Shown one piece after another: positions 1 through 8,073 of a DNA stretch of 25,204 bases. Each line of letters opens with the position of its first letter. Position 1 is the stretch's first letter. The position numbers and the translations under genes are program-made. The stretch lies in the NCBI GenBank assembly GCA_031367385.1, contig JANLPS010000448.1:1-25204 (forward strand), given 5' to 3'. Under the pieces are notes generated by a model. The model saw nothing but the letters and a program-made list of their open reading frames with translations, did not search any database and was not told where the DNA came from. The DNA comes from Archangium sp. (GTDB taxonomy: Bacteria; Myxococcota; Myxococcia; Myxococcales; Myxococcaceae).

Positions 1-168
1 GGGGTGTTTCTACACCCCCCCCTGGTGGGGTTCCCCCCGCCCCCCACGCTCGCGGGCCCCCCCGCCCCCCTCTGGGTCCGCCGGCCCACCCACGCCTCGA
101 TACGTTCTGTGACGCCCTGCGTTCTGTCTCGGCGCGGGCCCCTCAAACCCATGTAGGGAATTGGGCGC

Positions 169-1548
169 TTACTCAATGACGCTGGCGAGCAGCCGCTTGA
201 GGCGCTCGGGCTGCACGCGCACCATCAGGGTCTTCTCTCGAGTGTAATTCACCGCTCCAGGTGCACCGGCTTTGCGCACGAACTTCACCGGCACCGAGCT
301 GACCTCGCCGCTGGGCTCGCCCTTCAAATCAGAGTGGTGGAGCGCCAGATGCGCTGCGTCGATCAACAGCTCCGACGAGATGACCTCGTTCTTCTCGAGG
401 GGCACCACCACGTGGGCACCGGGCACTCCGCGGGCGTGGAGCCAGAGGTGAAAGGGTTTGGCGACCCCGAACGTGAGCGCGTCGTTGTGCTTCGAGCCGC
501 GGCCGACCCAGATGCGGCGCCCCGCGTGGCCCTCATACTCTTTGTACGGCAGCGACTCGGGCTGGCGCTTCACTTTGGGGCGGGTGACCGACGGCGCTTC
601 GGTGACCGGCTCCGACTCGACCGTGGCAATCGCCGAGCGCAGGGCCGCTTCTTCGGTCGCCAGCACCGCCAAGCGCGTCTGCGCCATCTGGGCCCCGCGC
701 ACCAGGCGGCGGTATTGGTGAAAGCGCCACTCGACCTCTTCTTTGGGCGAGCGCTTGGGGTCGAGCGTGATGGTGCGGAGGGCGGCTTCACCTTCGGGCG
801 TGTACTCGGTGAGGGTGACGGTGCGCTGGCCCCGCTCGATTCGAAACAGGTTCTGCGCGAGCAAGGTGCCGTCGCGTTGAAAGTCTTGCGCGCCCTCGAG
901 CCTCGCCGCGTCAGCCCGCACTTTGTCGCGCGTGCGTTCGAGCTTCTTGAGCTTCGTCTCGAGCGCCTGGCGCTTGGCTTTGAGCCAGCCGTGTTGCTCG
1001 GCTTCGACGAACAATGCTTCGGCTCCGTGCGCGAGCCGCAGCTGCACGAAATCGCTTTGCAAGCGCGACTCCGCGCTCGAGTCGGGGGCTTCTTCGGGCG
1101 ACCAGACGGCGCCGACGCGAATGGTCTTTCTGGCCGGTATCGACACGCTCACGATGTGCCGGTCGGCGCGAAGCAGCGCCAACCCCGGAGTGCCGCTCGA
1201 CTCGAACGCGAGAAACCGGGTCGCCTCGCCTTTGGTGAAGTGCAGCAACAGGCAGCGGGTGTTCGGCAGCAGCTCGGCGGCGACGAGCTTGGCTCCGGTG
1301 AGGTCACGTCGCAGCACGCTCTGCCAAGCCGGAGGCACCGCGGGGTTCGAAGGCCGCTTCTCGACCGCGCTGATTCGGGCGACTTGCAGGTCGGTGCACA
1401 GCAGCAGCACCGCCGAGCGGCCAGGCACGCGCAGCTCGAGGTACACCCGCGTGGTGGTGGGGGCATGAACGTCTTGAATGACTCCGCCGACCAGCTCGCG
1501 GGTGAATTCGGCGGCCAGGGCCGCGAGCTCGCTTTGGCGCAGTGACAC
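169..1548 (-). CDS. rqcH: NFACT family (RqcH/FbpA-like) protein: NFACT-N, coiled coil and NFACT-R RNA-binding domain
   Basis: 459 aa with GTG start. C-terminal motifs IWVGRGSKHND, LWLHARGVPGAHVVV, DAAHLALHHS and VRKAGAPGAVNY are typical of NFACT-R. There is a central coiled coil and an ITLDPKRSP motif. Confidence 0.85.
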   Translation of the reverse strand: MSLRQSELAALAAEFTRELVGGVIQDVHAPTTTRVYLELRVPGRSAVLLLCTDLQVARISAVEKRPSNPAVPPAWQSVLRRDLTGAKLVAAELLPNTRCLLLHFTKGEATRFLAFESSGTPGLALLRADRHIVSVSIPARKTIRVGAVWSPEEAPDSSAESRLQSDFVQLRLAHGAEALFVEAEQHGWLKAKRQALETKLKKLERTRDKVRADAARLEGAQDFQRDGTLLAQNLFRIERGQRTVTLTEYTPEGEAALRTITLDPKRSPKEEVEWRFHQYRRLVRGAQMAQTRLAVLATEEAALRSAIATVESEPVTEAPSVTRPKVKRQPESLPYKEYEGHAGRRIWVGRGSKHNDALTFGVAKPFHLWLHARGVPGAHVVVPLEKNEVISSELLIDAAHLALHHSDLKGEPSGEVSSVPVKFVRKAGAPGAVNYTREKTLMVRVQPERLKRLLASVIE

Positions 1549-1612
1549 CGCGCGACCCTCTCACATGCCGCGAAATTTGCACTTCACGCGCGCGACGTGC
1601 TTTGGGGGCGTG

Positions 1613-2437
1613 ATGCGGTCTTCGGTGGTGATAGCGATGCTGGTGCTGGCGTGCGGAGCGCCGAAAGTGGCGGTGCCGCCGAGCTCACCGTGTGTCGCGA
1701 CCGAGACCTCGGTCGAGTGCCCCTACCTCACGACGACGCTGACCGTGGGCGCGCTGAGCCGCAACGTGTATTCGAAAGCCCCGTCGGGAGACGTGCCCGA
1801 TGGTGGGTGGCCGGCGGTGATTGGTTTTCAGGGCTCGTACGTCGGGGCGGCGAACATGTGGCACGGCCAGGCGGGCGAGTCGTTCGGGGCGCTGTATCAA
1901 ACGCAGACGCTGAGCACGCTGCTCGAGGCGGGGTACGTGGTGCTCACCCCCGAGGTGAAGGGCGCCGGCGCGACCTTCTGGGACACGAACGTGCCTCCGT
2001 ACGCGGGCGACTGGGAGAGCTCGACGGATCACCAGTTCATGGTCGCGATCTTCGCGGCGATCAAGGCGGGCACGTTCGGGTCTGTCGACTCGGCGCAGCT
2101 GTATGCGATGGGCATCTCGAGCGGCGGGTACATGACGAGCCGCATGGCGGTGTCGTACCCGGGCACGTTTCGGGCGTTGGCGATCGCCTCGGGCTCCTAC
2201 GCGAATTGCGGCGGGCCGATTTGCAACATTCCCCTGCCGTTGCCGAGCGATCACCCGCCGACCCTGTTCTTGCACGGAGAGAAAGACTTGATCGTGCCGA
2301 TCGCGACGATGACGCGGTACCGAGATGCGCTCGACACCCTTGGAGTCACGACCCAGACCGTGACCAACCCTCAGAAGGGTCACGAGTGGTTGCCCGAGGC
2401 TCCGGCCGCGGTGCGCGATTTCTTCAAGGCGCACTGA
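1613..2437 (+). CDS. phaZ: Extracellular medium-chain-length PHA depolymerase-like esterase, predicted lipoprotein
   Basis: ATG 1613 gives MRSSVVIAMLVLAC (lipobox-like). Lipase box GISSGGY-TSRMAVS, then SGSYANC-GP-C, DHPPTLFLHGEKD and GHEW. This is the motif pattern of Pseudomonas fluorescens GK13-type mcl-PHA depolymerases. Confidence 0.75.
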   Translation: MRSSVVIAMLVLACGAPKVAVPPSSPCVATETSVECPYLTTTLTVGALSRNVYSKAPSGDVPDGGWPAVIGFQGSYVGAANMWHGQAGESFGALYQTQTLSTLLEAGYVVLTPEVKGAGATFWDTNVPPYAGDWESSTDHQFMVAIFAAIKAGTFGSVDSAQLYAMGISSGGYMTSRMAVSYPGTFRALAIASGSYANCGGPICNIPLPLPSDHPPTLFLHGEKDLIVPIATMTRYRDALDTLGVTTQTVTNPQKGHEWLPEAPAAVRDFFKAH

Positions 2438-2455
2438 GGCGTCGCGCTTCTTTTT
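2436..2455 (+). terminator. Possible weak intrinsic terminator after the phaZ-like gene
   Basis: GAGGCG-TCG-CGCTTC stem (one G-U pair) followed by TTTTT. Confidence 0.3.
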
Positions 2456-2524
2456 CGTAAGTGGGCCTTGCTTCGCGAGACCTCCCTGGGCTACGGCCGC
2501 CTCCTCTTTCACTTGGGGGTCGTG

Positions 2525-2920
2525 ATGTCGATTGCTCGAACCATCGTTCGTATTCTTCTCGGGGTCGCTTGGGTTTTCTTCGGCCTCAACGGCTTCTTTC
2601 ACTTCTTCACGCCGCCGCCGATGACAGGTGACGCCGGTACGTTCTTCACCGGCATGATGGCCTCGGGCTACATCTTCCCCGTGATCTCGGCGGTTGAGAT
2701 CATCGCGGGCCTGATGTTCTTGGCCAACCGCTTCGTCGCGCTGGGGTTGGTGCTGCTGGCCCCCATTCTCATCAACATCTTGGCCTTTCACCTGATGCTC
2801 GACCTCAAGGGCATCGGCATGGGCGCGCTGTTCACGCTGATGGCGCTTTTTCTGGCCTGGTGTGAACGTGGTGCCTACGCCGGCATTCTGAGCCCTACGG
2901 CGCCAGCTCGCACCGCGTAA
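2525..2920 (+). CDS. DoxX family membrane protein
   Basis: RILLG..FFGLNGFF, EIIAGLMFL.NRFV.LG...LAPI.INIL.FH pattern with about 4 TM helices. Likely ATG start at 2525. Confidence 0.8.
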   Translation: MSIARTIVRILLGVAWVFFGLNGFFHFFTPPPMTGDAGTFFTGMMASGYIFPVISAVEIIAGLMFLANRFVALGLVLLAPILINILAFHLMLDLKGIGMGALFTLMALFLAWCERGAYAGILSPTAPARTA

Positions 2921-2935
2921 CCAACCCAAGGCCCC

Positions 2936-3976
2936 TCACCCTCGCCCTGGCCTCGGCGTCAGGTCGATGATCTTCTGCAGTGAGAACGCGTTCGGTGGCT
3001 CGAGCTGAGCCATCGTGCACGCGGCCGGAGTCTTGTCGGTGCGCCACCGTTTGAACGTGCTCGCGTGCCGAAAGCGCCCGCTCTGCACGAAGTCGTACCG
3101 CACCTCGCACACCAACTCGGGCTTGAGCGAAACCCAGGTCATGTCCTTCCCGACATTCCACCGGCTGGGGCCGCCCGGCGTTCGCCCTTGCCCGAACGAG
3201 TCGCCATTCTTCAGCGGCTGGAGCTGAACGAGCAAAGCGGCCTTCTCTTTCGCGCTGAAGCTCGACGTGTGCCCGACGTGATGCAGCACGCCGCTCGCGT
3301 CGTACAACCCCAACAGCAGCGAGCCGATCGTGCCCGGCTTCTTGCCCTCGCGATACCCGCCCACCACCACGTCGGCAAAGCGCCCGTGCTTCACCTTGAC
3401 CATCACCCGCTCACCGGGCCGGTAACTGAGCTCTTCGCGTCGCGCGATGACCCCGTCGCACCCCGCGCCTTCGAAGTCGCGAAACCACCCTTTCGCCTCT
3501 TCAAGCACCGCGGTCTGCGGCGTCACGAACACCTGCTCGCTCGACCTCCAGGTCTCCAACGCCGCGCGTCGCTCACTGAACGGCTTGCCGCGCCAATCGT
3601 CATCGCCGATCGCCAACAGGTCGAACACCACGAAGCTCGCCGGAGTCTCCACCGACAACTTGTTCACCCGCGACGCCGCCGGATGCAGCCGCTGCTGCAA
3701 GGTGTCGAAGTCGAGGCCCTTTTCACCGGCGAGAATGATCTCTCCATCGACGATGCAGCGCTGCGGCAAGGCGGCCGCCAACGCACACACCTCGGGAAAA
3801 TACCGCGCCAACGGCTTGCCCTCGCGGCTGCTCAGGTACACCGACTCGCCATCGCGAAAGACGATCGCGCGAAACCCGTCCCACTTGGGCTCGTACCGCC
3901 AGCCCGGCCCCGCAGGAATCTCGTCTTGGGCCTCCGCGAGCATCGGTTCGAGGGGCGGCGCGAAGGGCAGGCTCAT
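2936..3976 (-). CDS. ligC: ATP-dependent DNA ligase, LigC-type
   Basis: PMLA, motif I EPKWDGFR, DGEI, VVFDLL, DGVIAR, VKVKH and an OB-fold tail (RFRH..F.RWR.DK...C). ATG at 3976 is the likely start. Confidence 0.9.
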   Translation of the reverse strand: MSLPFAPPLEPMLAEAQDEIPAGPGWRYEPKWDGFRAIVFRDGESVYLSSREGKPLARYFPEVCALAAALPQRCIVDGEIILAGEKGLDFDTLQQRLHPAASRVNKLSVETPASFVVFDLLAIGDDDWRGKPFSERRAALETWRSSEQVFVTPQTAVLEEAKGWFRDFEGAGCDGVIARREELSYRPGERVMVKVKHGRFADVVVGGYREGKKPGTIGSLLLGLYDASGVLHHVGHTSSFSAKEKAALLVQLQPLKNGDSFGQGRTPGGPSRWNVGKDMTWVSLKPELVCEVRYDFVQSGRFRHASTFKRWRTDKTPAACTMAQLEPPNAFSLQKIIDLTPRPGRG

Positions 3977-4063
3977 GGCGGCGGAAACTACCGTGAAAGT
4001 CGGGGTTTCGGCAGCTTCGACGGCTCGGTGGCCCCGCCGGGGCCGAGCGTGTAGAGACCCTGT

Positions 4064-5167
4064 GTGCAACCGGAGCGGTCACCGCGTGCTTGGCTGGCCA
4101 TCGCGGTCTCGGTGGCGCTCCACGTGTGCTTGATCGCGTTCATGGTCGCCCAAAGACCGCCGGCCCCTCGAACCGTCGAGCGCCCCGCCCAGGCCACCCT
4201 TCAGTGGGTCGACGCCGTCAAAACACCCGAGCCCGCCGCCCAACCGCCCGCCCCACAGAGCCCGACGTCGAAGCCTCGCGAGAAGAAGACGACCGCCGAA
4301 GCGACGGCCGCGCCCTCTGCTCCGAAACCAAACGATGCGCCCAGCCTGCCGACCGCGCTGCCGAGCGATGCTCCGTACGTGGCGGCCAGCCCGGGCACCG
4401 ACAAGCCGGTGACGAAGTGGGTGCCCAGCATTGGCACGGTCATGCGTTTACCGGGAGCCTCCGACGCTGACCAACCGCACGGCGTCACCATTCGCAATGA
4501 CCCGACCGAGCGCCCCGACCCGGTGGCGCTGGGCGAATACGAAGGCGAGCAGCTCTCTCGCAAGCTCAACGCCGACATCTCGCAAGACCTGGCGCGGGCG
4601 ATGGCGGGCGCGGGCAACGTGCCTCCGTTCTTCAAGCGGGTCGAGAAGGCGATGCGCGAGCGGGCCGAGGGCGCGAAGATCGCTCGAAGCGAGCGAAAAC
4701 CCGGAGACGTGGCGCGCGACGTCGCCGCCATCATGGCCCCCAGCATCAACATGGACTCCGCGAACACAGTCGCCGATTCACCGCTCGGCCGCTCGGTGCA
4801 GAACGGCGTCGGCACCGGCTCGGCGACTGAAGATCAACGCTTTCGCGAATCGGCGATGCAGTCGATGGCCTGGAGTCAGACGCTCGCCGACCGGGCCGTG
4901 GCCGTGCGGCTGCGCACCGTGCTCGAGCTCACCCAAGATGCACGCGGCGTGCTGGCCGAGGTGCGCGTGGTCGAGAAGTCGGGCGACCCCGTGTTCGACG
5001 AATCGGTGATGCACTACAGCCGAAAAATCGTTCGCGAATTGCCCGACAGCGACGAGCAGGGGCTGGGCACGAAGTGGTGGCTCTCGCGCTGGCAGTTCAC
5101 CTGGGAGCCGCCGAACGTTCGCGTGAAGTTGATGGAAGCGTACCCCTTCACGGCGCCGGTGCAGTGA
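4064..5167 (+). CDS. TonB/TolA-like protein: N-terminal TM anchor, Pro-rich linker, TonB C-terminal domain
   Basis: TM segment with S-x3-H (SVALH), Pro/Ala/Thr-rich spacer, and C-terminal GVLAEVRVVEKSGDPVFDESV motif. Confidence 0.7.
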   Translation: MQPERSPRAWLAIAVSVALHVCLIAFMVAQRPPAPRTVERPAQATLQWVDAVKTPEPAAQPPAPQSPTSKPREKKTTAEATAAPSAPKPNDAPSLPTALPSDAPYVAASPGTDKPVTKWVPSIGTVMRLPGASDADQPHGVTIRNDPTERPDPVALGEYEGEQLSRKLNADISQDLARAMAGAGNVPPFFKRVEKAMRERAEGAKIARSERKPGDVARDVAAIMAPSINMDSANTVADSPLGRSVQNGVGTGSATEDQRFRESAMQSMAWSQTLADRAVAVRLRTVLELTQDARGVLAEVRVVEKSGDPVFDESVMHYSRKIVRELPDSDEQGLGTKWWLSRWQFTWEPPNVRVKLMEAYPFTAPVQ

Positions 5168-5631
5168 TGGGAGGGCAAACGTATTTCGGGTATCACCCGT
5201 TGCTGTGGCGGCTGACCTTGTTGGCCGCGGCGCTGGCCTCGCTCGGGCTCACCGGGTGGGCCGCGCTGAGCTGGTTTCAAAGCGGAGCGGTGATCGAGGC
5301 GTTGCGTGCGGCGCTCTCGCTCGGCTTGTTGCTGGCGATCGCGAGCGTGCTCTTTCGACTTCGCCCGCGCTCAGGCTGGGGCGTGCGTGTGGGCCCGACG
5401 GTGCTGACGGTCGCGAGGGGCCTGAGCGCGACGGCCGGGCACATCGATATTCCCTGGAGCTCGGTGCGAGAGATTCGGCGGCTGGGTCGCGGGCGCGACA
5501 TGCTGGTGCTCTGCTTGTCAGACGAGCGGCGGGTCTCCGTGTCGAGGCGCCTGTTCCCCCGGCAGCGCGACTTCGAGGCGCTGGTCGAGGCGATCGAAGA
5601 AAAAATGCCCGCCCTGCCCTACGACGCATGA
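5167..5631 (+). CDS. Two-TM membrane protein with a C-terminal YcxB/PH-like domain (hypothetical)
   Basis: ATG overlaps the upstream stop (TGATG). Two hydrophobic helices, then IPWSSVREI and VSRRLFP..DFE.L. Confidence 0.6.
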   Translation: MGGQTYFGYHPLLWRLTLLAAALASLGLTGWAALSWFQSGAVIEALRAALSLGLLLAIASVLFRLRPRSGWGVRVGPTVLTVARGLSATAGHIDIPWSSVREIRRLGRGRDMLVLCLSDERRVSVSRRLFPRQRDFEALVEAIEEKMPALPYDA

Positions 5632-5666
5632 GGAACTCGGCCGCGCTTCACGTTCGTCGCAGCGCG

Positions 5667-6440
5667 ATGAACGCACGGTTCATTCTGATGATGGTGTTGA
5701 TTGGCACGACCGCCCTCGCTGTGCCCGACGCGGGTGTCGCCGCTGGCGCTGACAGTGGCACCCTCGCCTGTGACCAGCACATCACGTGGGGCGAGGGCAC
5801 GCTGTGGTTGAGCGGCTGGCAGTCGAAGTTGGCCTTGAACTACACCGGGCCGATGGAGAGCGACATCGGCAGGTATTACAAGATGTCGCTCGCGACCTCG
5901 GTGTCTGGGCGAACGCTGTGGGTCACCATCGCCACCCGCTCTGTACCCAGCTCGGGGCCCGGTGGCCCGACCCTCGATGCCTTCGGCACCAACGGAGGCA
6001 CCCTGGCATTGCCGATGCTCCTGCCGGGGCGCTCGGAGTTGGTGGTTCGGCAAGGCCGTGCGGTCTCGCGGTTCGTACTCGACAAGGGCACCGACGTGAC
6101 CGTGACTCCGATTGGCAAGCCCAACCCTTCGCTGTTTTTCTCTGCGGTGCGCTGGCGGGCCACGCCACCCGACGCAGGCATCATCGATTGCCAATGGCGA
6201 AGCGCCTGCGGCTTCGAGGTCTGTCAGCGCTTCTTGCGCGACTCGGCGCTGCTCAACGCGCTCACCAAGCTCGAAGACGGCATGTACCTCTCGGTGACCA
6301 GGAGCGATTTGGCCTGCGCGGTGCTTCTGACCCCCGAGTCGGCGGCCCAGGCGCAACGTGAGCTCGAAGCACTCGATGATGGCGGGTGCGCCACGGTGCG
6401 CACCTTTCCGCTCCCGTCGGCTGGCAGCGAGTTGCATTAA
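5667..6440 (+). CDS. Hypothetical secreted protein (alternative start 5628)
   Basis: Signal-peptide-like MNARFILMMVLIGTTALA followed by PDAG, with several Cys. It fills the gap between neighbouring genes. No family recognised. Confidence 0.55.
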   Translation: MNARFILMMVLIGTTALAVPDAGVAAGADSGTLACDQHITWGEGTLWLSGWQSKLALNYTGPMESDIGRYYKMSLATSVSGRTLWVTIATRSVPSSGPGGPTLDAFGTNGGTLALPMLLPGRSELVVRQGRAVSRFVLDKGTDVTVTPIGKPNPSLFFSAVRWRATPPDAGIIDCQWRSACGFEVCQRFLRDSALLNALTKLEDGMYLSVTRSDLACAVLLTPESAAQAQRELEALDDGGCATVRTFPLPSAGSELH

Positions 6441-6441
6441 A

Positions 6442-6460
6442 CGACCGACCGTGCTTATTT
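6442..6460. promoter_or_regulatory. Putative TetR operator, copy 1 (CGACCGACCGTGCTTATTT)
   Basis: Immediately upstream of tetR. Its reverse complement matches 7097-7115 at 17/19 nt. Confidence 0.6.
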
Positions 6461-6470
6461 CATGGCTGCG

Positions 6471-7064
6471 ATGTCGAAAGGCGATCAAACCCGTCAGCTC
6501 ATCATCAGCCGCGCAGTGGCATTGGCGCGCCACACCGGCCTCGAGCAGGTCACCCTCGGCGTGCTCGCCGCTGACCTCGACGTCTCGAAGAGCGGCCTGT
6601 TCGCGCATTTCAAATCGAAAGAAGCCCTGCAGCTCGAGGTGGTGGCCGAGGTCATCGACCAGTTCACGAAGACCGTCGTTCTCCCCGGCCTGAGCGCGCC
6701 CCGCGGAGTGCCTCGGGTACAGGCCCTGTTCGAGGGCTACCTCAGGTGGATTCACGGTCAGCCCAAAGCACCCACCGGCTGTCTGATGCTGGCCCTGACC
6801 TACGAGTACGACGATCGACCAGGCCCGGTTCGCGAGGCATTGCTCGCCGCGCAGCGTGACTGGCTCGAGTCACTCGCCAGGGTCGCCAAGTCAGGCATTG
6901 ACCACGGCGCCTTCGTGCCCACCCTCGACCCCAAGCAGTTCGCCTTCGAGTTCGAAGGCATCACCATGGCGCACCAGCTCGCGATCAAGCTCTCGCAGGG
7001 CCGCGGCGCTGAAGCCCTGGCCCGAAGGGCCTTCGCCGACTTCATCACCCGCTGTACCCGCTAG
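6471..7064 (+). CDS. TetR/AcrR family transcriptional regulator
   Basis: KGDQTRQLII, HTH TLGVLAADLDVSKSGLFAHFKSKEAL, and C-terminal GC...EYDDRPGPVR. Alternative ATG at 6462. Confidence 0.95.
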   Translation: MSKGDQTRQLIISRAVALARHTGLEQVTLGVLAADLDVSKSGLFAHFKSKEALQLEVVAEVIDQFTKTVVLPGLSAPRGVPRVQALFEGYLRWIHGQPKAPTGCLMLALTYEYDDRPGPVREALLAAQRDWLESLARVAKSGIDHGAFVPTLDPKQFAFEFEGITMAHQLAIKLSQGRGAEALARRAFADFITRCTR

Positions 7065-7074
7065 GAGCACTCCG

Positions 7075-7959
7075 ATGGCCCTCTCTGCTCAACCCGAAAT
7101 AAGCACGACCGGTCGCACTTTTACTGCCCCGCCCTGGGTTCGCTCGGGCCTGCGGGCCGCTGACTGGGTCGCGCCTTCGCTGACCGACCGGCTTCTGCAG
7201 CGAATGTACTTTCGGCCCAGTCAGCTGAAGCTGCGCCCCGAGCAGCGGGAGATCTTGAGCCGGGGCCTGCGCTTCGAGCTCGACCTCGAGGGGCTGCCAG
7301 TGGTCGGGTGGCAGTGGGGCCAGGGTGCGCGCACCGTGTGGCTGGTGCATGGCTGGGGAGGGCACCTGGGGCAGCTGACTCCATTCGTCGACCCGTTGGT
7401 GGCGCTCGGCTTTCGGGTGATCGGCTTCGATTGGCCGGGCCACGGGGCTTCGGGCGGTGAGCTCTCGTCGCTGCTCCACGCGCAGCGGGCGTTGATGCGG
7501 CTGGAGGCGTTCTTGGGCGCGCCGTACGGAGTGGTGGCGCACTCCTTTGGGGCGGCGGCGACGGCGGTGGCGATGGGCCACGGGCTCACGGTCGAGCGCC
7601 TGGTGTTTCACGCGCCGGTGGCGAGGCTGGCGCCGTTCATCGAGGGGTTCGCCTCGGCGCTGCAGCTGACGCCGTCGATGCAGCAGCGCTTCATCAGCAA
7701 TGCCGAGTCATGGCTCACCCTGCCCTTCGCCGAATTCGAGCCGCTCCGCTTCACGCCCGAGCTGCGCGCGCCGCTGCTGGTGCTGCACTCGCGCGACGAC
7801 CGCGATGTCGTTCTGCTCGAAGGAGAGCGGCTGACCGACAGCTGGCCTTTGGCGCGGCTGGAGATCAAGGAGGGTCTCGGGCACCGGCGAATCTTGCAAG
7901 ACCCGACCTGCATCGCGAGAACGGGTGAGTTCCTGCATAAAGGGGACAGGCTGGATTAA
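7075..7959 (+). CDS. Alpha/beta fold hydrolase
   Basis: RBS AGGAG before ATG 7075. Motifs LVHGWGG, DWPGHGAS, nucleophile AHSFG, H..DD.DV and GLGHRRIL. Confidence 0.9.
   Translation: MALSAQPEISTTGRTFTAPPWVRSGLRAADWVAPSLTDRLLQRMYFRPSQLKLRPEQREILSRGLRFELDLEGLPVVGWQWGQGARTVWLVHGWGGHLGQLTPFVDPLVALGFRVIGFDWPGHGASGGELSSLLHAQRALMRLEAFLGAPYGVVAHSFGAAATAVAMGHGLTVERLVFHAPVARLAPFIEGFASALQLTPSMQQRFISNAESWLTLPFAEFEPLRFTPELRAPLLVLHSRDDRDVVLLEGERLTDSWPLARLEIKEGLGHRRILQDPTCIARTGEFLHKGDRLD
7097..7120. promoter_or_regulatory. Putative TetR operator, copy 2, inside the 5' end of the hydrolase CDS
   Basis: AAATAAGCACGACCGGTCGCACTT contains the perfect palindrome CGACCGGTCG with AAG/CTT flanks. It is an inverted copy of 6442-6460. 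Confidence 0.55.
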
Positions 7960-8035
7960 CCGGTCGCGAGGTTGACGGTGACAGGAGGTCGAGTTGCGCC
8001 ACCCCCGGAAAGGGGAAATCCAGCCTGTCCCCTTT
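7939..8035. repeat. 97-bp element with perfect 19-bp terminal inverted repeats (MITE/REP-like)
   Basis: AAAGGGGACAGGCTGGATT (7939-7957) and AATCCAGCCTGTCCCCTTT (8017-8035), separated by a 59-bp spacer. Confidence 0.8.
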
Positions 8036-8073
8036 TCCGCTCCCGGCGATGTGCGGCCGTTAGAGTGACCCGC

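Noticed and set aside
103..127. CGTTCTGT direct repeat (two copies)
   Set aside because: Too short and too few copies. No CRISPR array, tRNA or rRNA was recognised anywhere in the window.
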